A stretch of DNA of 63,629 bases, counting the filler. It is 4 parts of 4 records of this genome, joined end to end, with 100 filler letters (N's around TTAATTAATTAA, not from the genome) between each part and the next. Parts side by side here need not be neighbours in the genome. Positions count along the whole stretch, not along the records: positions 26,371 to 40,263 come from SRR20825019_408; positions 40,364 to 52,435 come from SRR20825019_409; 2 more parts are not named here. One strand, written 5' to 3'. Each line of letters begins with the position of its first letter. Within the stretch, counting starts at the first letter, position 1. Of the stretch, positions 39,745 through 51,065 are shown one piece after another. Made by a program: the position numbers and the translations under genes. Below the pieces are notes generated by a model. That model did not search any database, was not told the origin of the DNA, and saw only the letters and a list, made by a program, of their open reading frames with translations.

Positions 39745-40263
39745 ATGAATGCCACTGCCCCGAAAACCGTTGTCCTGACTGGCGCAAGCCGGGGGATCGG
39801 CCATGTTACGGTCGGTTATTTTGCCGCGCGCGGCTGGCGGGTGATTTGCTGTTCACGTGAAGCTCCGCCGCCCAGTTGCCCGCGTGATCCGGCTCAGGGC
39901 ATTCATATTGCCGCCGATCTTTCCAAACCCGACGATGTCGAGCTTTTCATCAAGCAGGCCAACGAAGTTCTTGGCGATGATCCGCTGCATGCATTGGTCA
40001 ATAATGCCGGGGTATCGCCCAAGACGCCGTATAAAGAACGGCTCGGTTGCCTGAATGGCGATATCGAGGCATGGCGTGATGTCTTCGAACTGAACTTCTT
40101 TACTCCGTTGACTTTGTCGCGCGGCTTTGCCGCAGCCCTGCATCGCGGCAAGGGGGCGATTTGTAATATCACCTCGATCGCGGGCCACTATGTTCATCCG
40201 TTTGCCGGATCGGCTTATTCCACGTCCAAGGCTGCCCTTTCGGGGCTGACACGTGAAATGGCG
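39745..40263 (+). CDS. Short-chain dehydrogenase/reductase, 3'-truncated
   Basis: TGASRGIG, VNNAG, YSTSK; runs into the spacer. Confidence 0.9.
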
Positions 40264-40363
40264 NNNNNNNNNNNNNNNNNNNNNNNNNNNNNNNNNNNNN
40301 NNNNNNNTTAATTAATTAANNNNNNNNNNNNNNNNNNNNNNNNNNNNNNNNNNNNNNNNNNNN
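40264..40363. other. Artificial contig spacer
   Basis: N44-TTAATTAATTAA-N44; GC content drops sharply across it. Confidence 0.98.
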
Positions 40364-40411
40364 GAAGGATTATTTTTGAGTGTTCATTGTTTGAAACTTC
40401 GACAAGCTCAG
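40364..40411. repeat. REP/MITE-like repeat copy
   Basis: CTTCGACAAGCTCAG at 40397-40411. Contig start GAAGGATTATTT is the reverse complement of 52402-52413. Confidence 0.7.
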
Positions 40412-40516
40412 TTAGATTTGTCATAGAAATCAGATAGAAAACTATGCGAAAAGCCTAGTTTGATAACTACATATTGCTTTTTTAAACAACCACGTTTTCT
40501 ATAATAGTGTAATTTT

Positions 40517-41242
40517 TTATAAGCTTAGCTTACTCGCAGCTGCTTTATCTACCATCCAAGTTACGTTGCCGTCGTCTTCATTTATAAGCTGAGAAGGGTA
40601 TAAGTTGCTATTTCGTTCTCCTTGAAGAACTTCATAAAGAGCATTAGATTTTTTCTCTCCAAAAACAATAAAAACAATTTGTTTTGCTTTATTAATTAAT
40701 GGTGCTGTAAGTGTAATTCGGTACATGTCTTGAGGAGCTAAGAAATAAGCAGCAACCTTCTTTTCTTTTTCTTTTAAAATAATTTCTTGATTAGGGAATA
40801 AAGAGGCTGTATGTCCGTCGTCTCCCATTCCAAGTATAATAAGGTCAAAAATATCTCCTAATTCTAAATGATCTTCTAAAATAGCTTCGTATTCCTTAGC
40901 ATAGACTTGAGGTTCAATGCCTTCTTTCCACATAGGAAAGATGTTTTCTTTAGGAATAGGAATATGGTTTAAAAAATCTTTTATAGCCGCTCCAGCATTA
41001 CTTTTTTCATCATTTAAAGGAACCCAGCGCTCATCGCCCCAAAAAACAAATACTTTATTCCAATTTATTTTGTTTTTATAAGCATCAGAGGCAAGTAAAC
41101 GATGAAGTTCAGCAGGAGAAGAACCTCCAGTTAATGCAACTGTAAATTTACCTTTTGTTTTAATAGCGTTTGTAGCTTTTTCAACAAATAAATCGGCTAA
41201 TTGGGTATTTAAATTATCTGTATTTTCAAAAACTTGAATCAT
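40517..41242 (-). CDS. pgl: 6-phosphogluconolactonase
   Basis: ALTGGSSP, FWGDERWVP, LGMGDDGHTASLFP, RITLT. Confidence 0.96.
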   Translation of the reverse strand: MIQVFENTDNLNTQLADLFVEKATNAIKTKGKFTVALTGGSSPAELHRLLASDAYKNKINWNKVFVFWGDERWVPLNDEKSNAGAAIKDFLNHIPIPKENIFPMWKEGIEPQVYAKEYEAILEDHLELGDIFDLIILGMGDDGHTASLFPNQEIILKEKEKKVAAYFLAPQDMYRITLTAPLINKAKQIVFIVFGEKKSNALYEVLQGERNSNLYPSQLINEDDGNVTWMVDKAAASKLSL

Positions 41243-42756
41243 TATTTTTTGTCGTTTGAATGTTTATTTACTGCCCAAACATGTCCATTTCGAGCAATTA
41301 ATGCTTCGGCTGTTTCTGGTCCCCAGCTTCCTGCAGGATAATCAGGGAAATCTAGAGAATCTCTATTTTTCCAAGCTTCCTGAATAGTAGAGATAACATC
41401 CCAAGCTTCTTCAATTTGATCAGATCTCATAAAAAGAGTGGTATCTCCAACCATAGCATCTAGGAGTAAAGTTTCGTAGGCTTCTGGAGTTTGATTTGAC
41501 CCTGTGTCGTAGTCAAAAATCATTTCCGAAGGATTCAAATTCATTTCTAAACCAGTTCTTTTAGTCATAAAACGTAATCTAATATCCATTTGTGGTTGGA
41601 TATTAATGGTAAGTCTATTAGGTTTAATGCTATCTACTTGCGTTGCCGGAAAGGACGCATGAGGAACAGGTTTAAACTGAATGGTAATAGAAGATGTTTT
41701 TTCTTGCATGCGTTTTCCTGTTCTTAGGTAGAAAGGAACATTTTGCCATCTCCAGTTATCTAGGTAAAACTTTATAGCAGCATACGTCTCGGTATTGGAG
41801 TTTTTGTCTACCCCATTTTCGTTTCTATATCCTGGAGCTTTCTCGCCTTTTATCCAACCCTCTCCATATTGTCCACGAACTGCGTAATGATGTACTTCTT
41901 CGGGTTTTATTCTTCGGATAGTTTTTAAGGCATCGTACTTTCTACTACGGATTTCCTCTGCATCAAAAGAAGCAGGCGGCTCCATAGCCACCATACAAAG
42001 TATTTGCAATAAATGATTTTGAATCATATCTCGCAAGGCTCCAGCACCTTCATAATATCCGCCTCGATCTTCCACACCAACTTCTTCGGCTACTGTAATT
42101 TGTACAGAATCGATATAGTTTCTGTTCCAAAGCGGTTCGAATAAGGTATTAGCAAAACGGAAAGCAAGAATATTTTGTACAGTTTCTTTACCAAGGTAAT
42201 GGTCAATTCTAAAAATCTGTTCTTCATCAAATGTTTTAGTAAGCATTTGATTAAGTTCTACAGCCGATGCTTTATCGTATCCAAAAGGTTTTTCAACAAT
42301 AATTCTATCTTTTGTTTTATCGCAGGCTAGACCAGAACCACTAATATTTTGAGTTGCAGTTTCTATAAATCTAGGCGAAACAGACAAGTAAAATAATCGG
42401 TTAGCTCTTACTCCCCAAGTATCATCATATGCTTCGATTTCTTTAAGTAAATCTGTATAAGATTGAGCATCGTTAATATTGGAAGTGAAATAATGAAGCG
42501 ATTCTTTAAATGTATTCCATTGTTTATCTTCTGGAGCACCGCTTCTCGAAAATTCAGCGAGTCCTTCATGTAGATTATCTCTATACTCATCGTTGCTTAA
42601 TTCTGTTCTTCCTAACCCGTAAATCGCAAAATTTTCAGGCATCCAATTTTCTATAAAAAGATTGTAAAATGCGGGAATAAGTTTTCTTTTAGCAAGATCG
42701 CCAGTACCACCAAATATTACAATAACTGTAGGGGTTACCTTTTTATTCGTTTTCAT
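41242..42756 (-). CDS. zwf: Glucose-6-phosphate 1-dehydrogenase
   Basis: [25 protein letters not shown]. Confidence 0.98.
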   Translation of the reverse strand: MKTNKKVTPTVIVIFGGTGDLAKRKLIPAFYNLFIENWMPENFAIYGLGRTELSNDEYRDNLHEGLAEFSRSGAPEDKQWNTFKESLHYFTSNINDAQSYTDLLKEIEAYDDTWGVRANRLFYLSVSPRFIETATQNISGSGLACDKTKDRIIVEKPFGYDKASAVELNQMLTKTFDEEQIFRIDHYLGKETVQNILAFRFANTLFEPLWNRNYIDSVQITVAEEVGVEDRGGYYEGAGALRDMIQNHLLQILCMVAMEPPASFDAEEIRSRKYDALKTIRRIKPEEVHHYAVRGQYGEGWIKGEKAPGYRNENGVDKNSNTETYAAIKFYLDNWRWQNVPFYLRTGKRMQEKTSSITIQFKPVPHASFPATQVDSIKPNRLTINIQPQMDIRLRFMTKRTGLEMNLNPSEMIFDYDTGSNQTPEAYETLLLDAMVGDTTLFMRSDQIEEAWDVISTIQEAWKNRDSLDFPDYPAGSWGPETAEALIARNGHVWAVNKHSNDKK

Positions 42757-42778
42757 ATTTTTATTAATTTACAGAATG

Positions 42779-44191
42779 CTATTTTTCATCCCATTCTGTG
42801 TGGAAAATTCCTTCTTGATCTATTCGTTCGTAGGTGTGTGCACCAAAATAATCTCTTTGCGCCTGTATAAGGTTGGTAGGTAATACTTCACTTCTATACG
42901 CATCAAAATAAGCAAGGGTTGTATTGTAAACAGACATAGGAATTCCTTTGTCGATTCCAATTTTTACTACTTCTCTTATTGCTTTTTGCTGTGTATTTAA
43001 AGTAGAAGCAAGACTACTGTCGAGCAATAAGTTTGGTAAGTTTTTATCTGCTTTATATGCTTTTCTAAAATCTTCTAAAACGACAGCACGTATAATACAT
43101 CCACCACGCCAAATTTTAGCAACTTCTTCTAAATTTAAGCCATAATTAAACTCTTTGGAAGCAATAGTTAATTGTGCCATTCCTTGTGCATAAATGGTTA
43201 CCATAGCAAAATGGAAAGCATCTTTAAATAGCGCTACTAGATTTTGATTGCTAACATCTTTTGCGTCTCCATTCCATGGATACATAGTAGCTGCTTTAAC
43301 ACGCTCTTCTTTATATTTAGATATATCTCGCATAGTTACAGCCAAATCTATAGATGGCACTGGAGCTTGAATATCCATTGCATTTTGTGAGGTCCATTTT
43401 CCAGTTCCTTTAGATTTTGCAGTATCAGAAATAAGACTAACTAAACGTTTTCCAGTAATAGTGTCTTCTTTTTTAAGAATTGCAGCTGTAATTTCTATGA
43501 GGTACGATTGTAGCGCTCCTTGATTCCAAGTTTCAAACACCTGTTGAAGCTCGTTATCTTCAAAATTATATCCACGTTTTAAAACATCATAAGTTTCGGC
43601 GATAAGCTGCATAATAGCGTACTCAATACCGTTATGAACCATTTTAACATAGTTTCCTGCCGAGCCACTTCCGAGGTAAGTAACACAAGGCTCTCCATCT
43701 ACTTTTGCAGCTACTGCCTCAAAAATAGGGCGTAATCTTTCGTATGCATTTTCATTTCCACCAGGCATCATACTAGGGCCAAAACGAGCTCCTTTTTCAC
43801 CTCCAGAAATCCCCATTCCGAAGTAATTAATACCTTTTGCATTTAATTCTTTAACACGTCTATTGGTATCTTCAAAGTAAGAATTCCCTCCGTCAACAAC
43901 AATATCACCTTCTTCTAAATGTGGTAAAATTGAATTAATAACGCTGTCTACAGGTTTTCCTGCTGGAACCAAAAGCATAATAGCTCTTGGTTTTTTTATA
44001 AGTTGAATAAACTCTTTAGTATCTGTAGTTCCTTTAATTGTATGTTTTTCGTCGGCTTCATTTTCAAGGGAAGCTGCTTTTTCGGCATCTAGGTCTAAAC
44101 CTGCAACAGAGAAACCATGATCTGCCATATTTAGCAAAAGATTTCTTCCCATAACACCAAGACCAACCATACCAAAATCAAAATTTTCCAT
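42779..44191 (-). CDS. gndA: NADP-dependent 6-phosphogluconate dehydrogenase
   Basis: GLGVMG, VKMVHNGIEY, KGTGKW, QAQRDYFGAHTY. Confidence 0.98.
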   Translation of the reverse strand: MENFDFGMVGLGVMGRNLLLNMADHGFSVAGLDLDAEKAASLENEADEKHTIKGTTDTKEFIQLIKKPRAIMLLVPAGKPVDSVINSILPHLEEGDIVVDGGNSYFEDTNRRVKELNAKGINYFGMGISGGEKGARFGPSMMPGGNENAYERLRPIFEAVAAKVDGEPCVTYLGSGSAGNYVKMVHNGIEYAIMQLIAETYDVLKRGYNFEDNELQQVFETWNQGALQSYLIEITAAILKKEDTITGKRLVSLISDTAKSKGTGKWTSQNAMDIQAPVPSIDLAVTMRDISKYKEERVKAATMYPWNGDAKDVSNQNLVALFKDAFHFAMVTIYAQGMAQLTIASKEFNYGLNLEEVAKIWRGGCIIRAVVLEDFRKAYKADKNLPNLLLDSSLASTLNTQQKAIREVVKIGIDKGIPMSVYNTTLAYFDAYRSEVLPTNLIQAQRDYFGAHTYERIDQEGIFHTEWDEK

Positions 44192-44203
44192 AACCTACTA
44201 TTG

Positions 44204-44668
44204 TTAATTTATTTCTTTAAAGTTATTTTTTTCAATTTCTAAAACCTTATTTAATCTTCTTTTAAAGCGTTCTTCTTCATGGAAGGTGGCATTTAAAAAA
44301 GTTTCTGTGAGCTCCCAAATTAAAGCAGAACCAATTACACGTCCTCCAAGGCACATAAGATTCATGTTGTCATGCTCAACACCTTGATGAGCAGAATAAT
44401 TTTCGGTAATTAACGTAGCACGAACCCCCGAAAATTTATTAGCAGCAATAGAAACCCCAACCCCGCTTCCACAGATGGCAATTCCTCTTTCTATTTTTCC
44501 TTCTGAAATAGCTTTGGCTAAAGGAATAATAATATCAGAATAATCATCAGTAGCATCGTAAGAAAAAGCGCCGAAATCTTCAAAAGAATACTTATTGTCC
44601 TTTAAAAGTTGTTTTAATTCTTCTTTTTTCTCAAATCCTGCATGGTCGGCTGTTATTCCTATTTTCAC
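44204..44668 (-). CDS. rpiB: Ribose-5-phosphate isomerase B
   Basis: ADHAG, ICGSGVGVSIAANK, HDNMN; GTG start. Confidence 0.9.
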   Translation of the reverse strand: MKIGITADHAGFEKKEELKQLLKDNKYSFEDFGAFSYDATDDYSDIIIPLAKAISEGKIERGIAICGSGVGVSIAANKFSGVRATLITENYSAHQGVEHDNMNLMCLGGRVIGSALIWELTETFLNATFHEEERFKRRLNKVLEIEKNNFKEIN

Positions 44669-44825
44669 TTAAAAATATTTATGAATTTCAAAAAGACGTT
44701 AGAAAGTATAAAATTAAGTATTTCTAGATGATTAGCGTAATTTTATTTAGTTATATAACGATAGTTTAATCAAATAGTGATTTATTTAAATCCTTCACAG
44801 AGGGTTTAATTCTCCGAAGTTTGTT

Positions 44826-44840
44826 TTGAGCTTGTCCAAG
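44826..44840 (-). repeat. Degenerate copy of the CTTCGACAAGCTCAG repeat
   Basis: TTGAGCTTGTCCAAG, 13/15 match in reverse complement; intergenic. Confidence 0.55.
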
Positions 44841-44964
44841 AGCTCTGCGTTAAAATGAGTTAAAAGTTTTTCGAGAGAATACCTAGTGGCTTCTCTGAGA
44901 TAGTTTACTTCTTGGTTGTGTTATATAAAAAGGTTAGCTAATTTTATGGCTTTAATTTTTTATA

Positions 44965-45444
44965 ATGAATAAGAAGCACGAATACAAAGCATCAATATTG
45001 TGGCCTGTAGCGCAGGGAGGGAGTACAAAAGATTATAAATCTTATTCCCGAAATCATATAGTATCCATTGAAGGGAAACCTACTATTTTAGCCTCTTCGG
45101 ATGTTGCTTTTAGGGGAGATATGGAACGGCATAATCCTGAAGATTTGTTTCTATCGTCTATAGCTAGTTGCCATATGCTTTGGTATTTACATTTTTGTGC
45201 CACTTCTGGGATTGAAGTGTTGAATTATACTGATACTGCTTATGGAGTTATGGAAGAAGAAAAAAATGGTAGTGGAAAATTTACCAAGGTAATTCTGAAT
45301 CCTATTGTTACAGTTTCCGACATTTCTATAAAAGAAAAAGCTATAAAACTACATCATAAAGCAAATGAATATTGTTTTATAGCTAATTCTTGTAATTTCA
45401 TTATTGAGCATAAGCCCATTATTAAAATTAAAGAAATAGAATAA
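44965..45444 (+). CDS. OsmC/Ohr-family protein
   Basis: NPEDLFLSSIASCHML and CFIANS conserved Cys motifs. Confidence 0.9.
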   Translation: MNKKHEYKASILWPVAQGGSTKDYKSYSRNHIVSIEGKPTILASSDVAFRGDMERHNPEDLFLSSIASCHMLWYLHFCATSGIEVLNYTDTAYGVMEEEKNGSGKFTKVILNPIVTVSDISIKEKAIKLHHKANEYCFIANSCNFIIEHKPIIKIKEIE

Positions 45445-45448
45445 TTTC

Positions 45449-46552
45449 TTATTTTGTTTTTAACATTTCTGGAGTAGCAACAGTTCTAAAACCAAGGTGC
45501 TCCTGTCCAGAATCTAGGGCTGTAGCCATTCTTGCAGAAATGCGGTAACTAGAACAGTACGTATCGCTACATAAAAAAGATCCTCCTTTAATTACTTTTT
45601 CCTGAACATAACGATTGTTTGGGTTGTAGGCTTTAGTTGCTCCTTGAGGATTTACAACAAGACCTTGTTCTAACATTTCTCCGTAATAGTTTACATTAAA
45701 CCAATCTTGTGTCCATTCCCAAACATTTCCAGACATTTCATAAAGTCCATATGCGTTTGGAGGAAAAGATTTTACGGGTGCTTTGTTTTCATAACCGTCA
45801 GCTTTGCTGTTAGTTGTAGGAAATTCTCCATTCCATGTATTTGCTTGAGCGGTTAATTTTGATTTATCTTCTCCCCAAGCATACATTGAGTTATTAACCC
45901 CTCCATGAGCGGCTAATTCCCATTCCGATTCTGTAGGAAGTCTTCTTCCTGCCCATTCACAATAGGCTATTGCATCTTCATAAGCTATATGTACTACAGG
46001 GTAATCTCCTTTTCCTTCAATAGAACTATCAGGGCCTTTAGGATGCTTCCAATCGGCACCTATTTTCCATTCCCACCATTGAGAAAAATCGTATAAATTA
46101 GGCACACTTGTTTTTGTTTTTTTGAAGATAAGTGAACCCGGTTGGAGAATAGAATCGTGAGGCTTAGGAGTTCCAGGAGGAACTTGTTTTTTTATCTCTT
46201 CCCATTCAATTGCCCTTTCCGCTACAGTTTTGTATCCGGTAGCGGCTACAAACTTTGCATATTCATCATTTGTAACTTCGGTAACATCCATAAAAAAGCC
46301 ATCTACTTCCACAGGATGCGCAGGTTTTTCATGATTTAAAGCAAACTTATCATCACTTCTTGCACCTTGGGTATAACTACCTCCAGGAATCCAAACCATG
46401 CCTTCTGGAGTTTTAATATCCTTAGGTTTTTCAATAGCAATAGTAGCGGTTTCTTTAGATTCAAGAACTTCAGAAGTTGCTGTTTTATTTTCTTTACATT
46501 GTGTAGTTAAAATTCCAATATAAAGAATGGAAAGGAAACGAAATACCTTCAT
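45449..46552 (-). CDS. Formylglycine-generating enzyme (SUMF1) family protein, probable lipoprotein
   Basis: RLPTESEWE, NAYGLYEMSGNVWEW, KGGSFLCSDTYCSSYR; N-terminal signal ending in Cys. Confidence 0.92.
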   Translation of the reverse strand: MKVFRFLSILYIGILTTQCKENKTATSEVLESKETATIAIEKPKDIKTPEGMVWIPGGSYTQGARSDDKFALNHEKPAHPVEVDGFFMDVTEVTNDEYAKFVAATGYKTVAERAIEWEEIKKQVPPGTPKPHDSILQPGSLIFKKTKTSVPNLYDFSQWWEWKIGADWKHPKGPDSSIEGKGDYPVVHIAYEDAIAYCEWAGRRLPTESEWELAAHGGVNNSMYAWGEDKSKLTAQANTWNGEFPTTNSKADGYENKAPVKSFPPNAYGLYEMSGNVWEWTQDWFNVNYYGEMLEQGLVVNPQGATKAYNPNNRYVQEKVIKGGSFLCSDTYCSSYRISARMATALDSGQEHLGFRTVATPEMLKTK

Positions 46553-46578
46553 TTTTTACTTTTTAAGTTGAATTATAC

Positions 46579-46586
46579 CAAACTTA
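46579..46586 (-). promoter_or_regulatory. Bacteroidota sigma-A -7 element
   Basis: TAAGTTTG (TAnnTTTG) 27 nt upstream of the FGE start. Confidence 0.6.
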
Positions 46587-46677
46587 CGAAAGTCTTTTTT
46601 AAAAATACTTATGTTTTTAGTAGTGTTGTAAGATTTATTTTACGCCCAAGTTATTAACGATACTATGTTTGTAATAA

Positions 46678-47982
46678 TTATAAAGGTAAACTTCCAGATA
46701 GGGCTTTTAAAGCTATTTCTGATAGTTTAGCTTGAAAATTAGCATTGCTAAATCGTAATTGTGCATTTATATAATTAAGCTGAGCTGTTCTAAATTCTAT
46801 AGTAGGAATAGCTCCAATACGATATTTCTGCATTGTTATTTCTAAGTTTTCTTTTGCAATGGCTTCATTATTTTGCTCTAATTCTATAAGGTCTAAATTA
46901 GTTTGATAGGTTTGGTAAGCTATGCTTAGTTGAGATAATAAAGCTTTTTCTTGTTGTTCAATAAGAAGTTTGCTGTTATCTATTTTCAGTTTAGCTATTT
47001 TTTCACTTCTGTTTTGATTGAAACCATCAAATACATTTACATTCACTCTAAAACCATAATTTAATCCATGAGCAGAAGAACTCGTTGTAAATCCTAAACT
47101 AGATTCAGAATCGCTAAAATTATATCCAGTAGTTGCAACTAGGGTAGGGTACCTTAATGCACGAGTCTGCTTTAAATCGAGCTCTGCAATTCGTTTATTT
47201 ATAACCTGAGCCATCAACTCTGGATTGTTTTCTTTTGCTGTGGTTTCAAGATTAGGGAGAAACAAACTATTATCAACAAGAATTTCATCAACTACTTTAA
47301 ATGCGGTTTTTTCATCACGAGCTAGAAGTTGATTTAGTTCTACTTTTGTATTTGCATAAAGCTCTTTTTGACGGAGCATTAATGTTTGGTCTGTATTTAA
47401 ATCTACTTTTGCATTTAAAACTTCTAGTTTAGAAGCTTTTCCAATGGTAAATCTATTTTGAGCAAGATCCACACGTTGCTGAGAGATCACTAGCGTGCTA
47501 TCCAAAGCAGAAAGCTGTTGCTGTTGCTGAACAAGATCGTAATACGTTATTAAAACATTACTAACATTGGTGAGGATTGATTTTTGTAATTCAACATCTC
47601 CAAGCTTTTTATTTTCTTTGAGTTGGTCATACTTTGCAAACATTTTAAAACCATCAAAAAGAGTCCAATCCATAGCAACTCCATAGCTTAAGCTATTATT
47701 TTTTGCATCTTCTAATGAGTTTTCAGTTCCGTCTGAACGTACTTGCGATAAATTCTGAATGCTATTATTGTCGTTTAGGGTACCATATATTTGAGGCAAC
47801 ATTCCAGCAAAACCTAGAGAAGTACTAATTTCATCAATTTCTAAATCGTTTTTTGCAAGTCTAATTTCGTAATTGTTTTCTAGCGCAATTTGTATAGCAT
47901 TTTCTGCGGAAAGAGTTTCTTGTGCCCTTCCGTAGCATACAATAAAAACTAAAAGTAATAATATGGAAAATTGTTTGTTCAT
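46678..47982 (-). CDS. TolC-family outer membrane efflux protein
   Basis: Signal peptide; ALENN, WTLFDGF, ITYYDL; last gene of the RND operon. Confidence 0.93.
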   Translation of the reverse strand: MNKQFSILLLLVFIVCYGRAQETLSAENAIQIALENNYEIRLAKNDLEIDEISTSLGFAGMLPQIYGTLNDNNSIQNLSQVRSDGTENSLEDAKNNSLSYGVAMDWTLFDGFKMFAKYDQLKENKKLGDVELQKSILTNVSNVLITYYDLVQQQQQLSALDSTLVISQQRVDLAQNRFTIGKASKLEVLNAKVDLNTDQTLMLRQKELYANTKVELNQLLARDEKTAFKVVDEILVDNSLFLPNLETTAKENNPELMAQVINKRIAELDLKQTRALRYPTLVATTGYNFSDSESSLGFTTSSSAHGLNYGFRVNVNVFDGFNQNRSEKIAKLKIDNSKLLIEQQEKALLSQLSIAYQTYQTNLDLIELEQNNEAIAKENLEITMQKYRIGAIPTIEFRTAQLNYINAQLRFSNANFQAKLSEIALKALSGSLPL

Positions 47983-47984
47983 TT

Positions 47985-50900
47985 TTATAGGTTTTCTAGC
48001 GCATCAAATTCAGGTCTATGTTTTTTATTTCTGGACCACATGGAATAAATAGCAGGAATAATAAATAATGTTAGAACTAAGGAAAACATAGTTCCTCCAA
48101 TAATAACAACTCCCATTCCAATTCTACTAGTAGAAGCAGCTCCAAGCGATAAAGCAATAGGCAATGCACCTAAGGCAATTGTAAGACTCGTCATTAAAAT
48201 AGGGCGTAGTCTCGATTCTGCAGCTTGGATAATAGCCTCGCCTTTTGGAATCCCTTCTTCTCTTAATTGATTGGCAAATTCAACAATTAGAATTCCGTTT
48301 TTGGTAACTAATCCAATAAGCATAATAGTTCCTATTTGGCTAAAAATATTCCAAGTTTGACCGAAAATCCATAAGGAGAACATAGCTCCAGCAACTGCCA
48401 TTGGAACTGTAAGAATTATAATTAATGGGTCTATAAAACTCTCAAATTGGGCTGCCAAAATCAAGAAAATTAATAATAAAGCCAATCCAAAAGCATACAT
48501 AGTATTGGAGCTACTTTCAACAAAATCTCTAGATTCTCCACCCAAATCGGTAGTAAACGACTCATCCAATACTTTTTCTTTAATAGAATTCATAGCGTCA
48601 ATCCCATCACTAATACTCATTCCGGGAGCTAAATTAGCAGACACTGTAGCAGATAAATATCTATTGTTATGGAATAATTGTGGCGGACTACTATGCTCTG
48701 ATGTGGTTACTAAATTATCAAGCTGAATTAAAAGACCGTCTTTATTTTTAACAAAGATTGAAGTTAAATCTGTAGGTGCATTTCTATCTTTTTTATCAAA
48801 TTGACCTATTACCTGATATTGTTTTCCATTCATCAAAAAATATCCGAAGCGTTGTCCACTAAGAGAGAGTTGTAATGTTTGAGCAACATCTCTAACAGAA
48901 ACTCCTAAGCTTTCTGCTTTTTCTCTATTGATGGTTACATAAATTTCGGGTTTATTAAATTTAAGGTCAACATCGGTATATGAAAAAGTAGGGTTTTTTT
49001 CGGCTTCCTTCATAAATTCAGGAATCTTTTCTTCTAACTTTTCAAAATTTGGTGCTTGAATAATATATTGAATAGGAGGACCGCCTCTTCTGTTAACAGA
49101 AATGGTAGGTTTTTCGGAAACATTTGTTTTTGCTCCAACATAACTTTTGGTCCAATCTCCAAGATTATCTGCAATTTCATGTTGAGAGCGCTCTCTTTCA
49201 TGAATATCCTTTAAAGCTATAAACGCTCTTCCACTATTTACAGAAGAAGATCCAAAACCAGGAGAGGTAAGAATTAAACTCACTTTTTTTTCTGGAACAG
49301 AATCGTTTATAAGCTTAGTAATATGGGTCATATATTGATCCATATATTCATAAGAAGAACCTTCTGGAGCTGTAATACTTAAACTTACAAAACCACGGTC
49401 TTCATAAGGAGCTGTTTCTTTTTGCAGGATGTTGTAAAAAAGGCCAATCATTCCAATGCAGACTAATAAGATCGGAAAACTCAACCATTTACGTTTCATA
49501 AAACTACTTAAAGAACTGGCATAGCTTTTATTCATCTGAATAAAATAAGGCTCGGTAAGATTGTAGAATTTAGTATGTTTTTGTTTTCCACCTTTCATTA
49601 AATACGCATTCAGCATCGGGGTAAGAGTTAACGATACAAATGCCGATACTAAAACAGCTGCAGCAAGTACAACCCCAAACTCTCTAAATAAGCGACCAAC
49701 AAAGCCTTCAAGGAAAATAACAGGAAGAAAAACAGCAGCTAAGGTTACAGAGATAGAAATTACAGCAAAGAAAATTTCATTAGAACCTTTTATAGCAGCT
49801 TCTATAGGACTCATCCCTTCTTCCACCTTTTTATAAATGTTTTCGGTAACTACAATTCCGTCATCTACCACCAATCCAGTTGCTAAAACAATAGCTAAAA
49901 GGGTGAGTACATTTATGGAATATCCTAATGCCCACATTATAAAAAATGTAGCAATTAAAGAAACAGGAATATCTATTAATGGACGAAGTGCCATTGACCA
50001 ATTTCTGAAGAATAAGAAAATTACTAAAACAACAAGAATGATAGAAATTAATAGAGTTTCAGCAACTTCAGTAACCGCTTTTTTCACGAAAACAGTGTCG
50101 TCAATTACTACATTCAATTTAAAACCTTCAGGAAGATCTTTTTTAAGCTGTTCGTATTCTTTATAAAAAGCATCCGCTATATCAAGATAATTTGTACCTG
50201 GCTGTGGAATTACAGCTACAGCAACCATAGGCTGACCAGAATCGCTCATTTTGGTCTCCATATTTTCACCTTCTAAAGTGGCTTTTCCTACATCGCTAAA
50301 ACGAACTACTTTTTCACCATCAGCTAAAATAATAATATTGTCAAATCCTTCTTCAGTAGAAAGATTTCCAATAGTTTTTACTGTTAGTTCTGTATTGTTA
50401 CCAGTTAATTTTCCTGACGGAAGTTCTACATTTTGCGCTAAAAGTGCGGTACGTACATCTCCAACTGTAGCACCATAAGATGCAAGTTTTATAGGGTCTA
50501 TCCATAGGCGCATGGCGTACTTTCTTTGTCCCCAAATTTGTACACTACTTACTCCCTGAATGGTTTCTATACGTTGTGCAATAACATTTTCTGCATAATC
50601 AGAAAGTTCAAGGATGTTTTTAGTATCGCTCTGTACGGTCATTGATAAAATCCGTTGCGCATCTGCATCCGCTTTTGAAACTACTGGTGGCGCATCTATA
50701 TCGTCTGGGAGACTACGTACTGCTTGCGATACTTTATCGCGCACATCATTAGCTGCTTCTTCTAAGTTTTTATCTAAATTGAATTCAATATTTATTCTAC
50801 TAGAACCTTGAATACTCGAAGAGGTAATATTTCTAATACCATCAATTGAGTTGATAGATTTTTCTAGTGGTTCTGTAATCTGAGATTCAATAATATCTGC

Positions 50901-51065
50901 ATTTGCACCAGCATAATTGGTTCTAACAGATACTTGTGCAGGGTCAATAGAAGGGAACTCTCGAATCCCTAAAAAAGTATAACCAATTATTCCAAATAGA
51001 ATAATGGTAATGTTCATTACAATGGTAAGAACAGGCCGTTTTATGCTTAAGGTAGAAAGATTCAT
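47985..51065 (-). CDS. RND efflux permease (AcrB/MdtBC family)
   Basis: 1026 aa; GLVVDDGIVV, SLTLTPML, KNGILIV, RLRPILMT. Confidence 0.96.
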   Translation of the reverse strand: MNLSTLSIKRPVLTIVMNITIILFGIIGYTFLGIREFPSIDPAQVSVRTNYAGANADIIESQITEPLEKSINSIDGIRNITSSSIQGSSRINIEFNLDKNLEEAANDVRDKVSQAVRSLPDDIDAPPVVSKADADAQRILSMTVQSDTKNILELSDYAENVIAQRIETIQGVSSVQIWGQRKYAMRLWIDPIKLASYGATVGDVRTALLAQNVELPSGKLTGNNTELTVKTIGNLSTEEGFDNIIILADGEKVVRFSDVGKATLEGENMETKMSDSGQPMVAVAVIPQPGTNYLDIADAFYKEYEQLKKDLPEGFKLNVVIDDTVFVKKAVTEVAETLLISIILVVLVIFLFFRNWSMALRPLIDIPVSLIATFFIMWALGYSINVLTLLAIVLATGLVVDDGIVVTENIYKKVEEGMSPIEAAIKGSNEIFFAVISISVTLAAVFLPVIFLEGFVGRLFREFGVVLAAAVLVSAFVSLTLTPMLNAYLMKGGKQKHTKFYNLTEPYFIQMNKSYASSLSSFMKRKWLSFPILLVCIGMIGLFYNILQKETAPYEDRGFVSLSITAPEGSSYEYMDQYMTHITKLINDSVPEKKVSLILTSPGFGSSSVNSGRAFIALKDIHERERSQHEIADNLGDWTKSYVGAKTNVSEKPTISVNRRGGPPIQYIIQAPNFEKLEEKIPEFMKEAEKNPTFSYTDVDLKFNKPEIYVTINREKAESLGVSVRDVAQTLQLSLSGQRFGYFLMNGKQYQVIGQFDKKDRNAPTDLTSIFVKNKDGLLIQLDNLVTTSEHSSPPQLFHNNRYLSATVSANLAPGMSISDGIDAMNSIKEKVLDESFTTDLGGESRDFVESSSNTMYAFGLALLLIFLILAAQFESFIDPLIIILTVPMAVAGAMFSLWIFGQTWNIFSQIGTIMLIGLVTKNGILIVEFANQLREEGIPKGEAIIQAAESRLRPILMTSLTIALGALPIALSLGAASTSRIGMGVVIIGGTMFSLVLTLFIIPAIYSMWSRNKKHRPEFDALENL

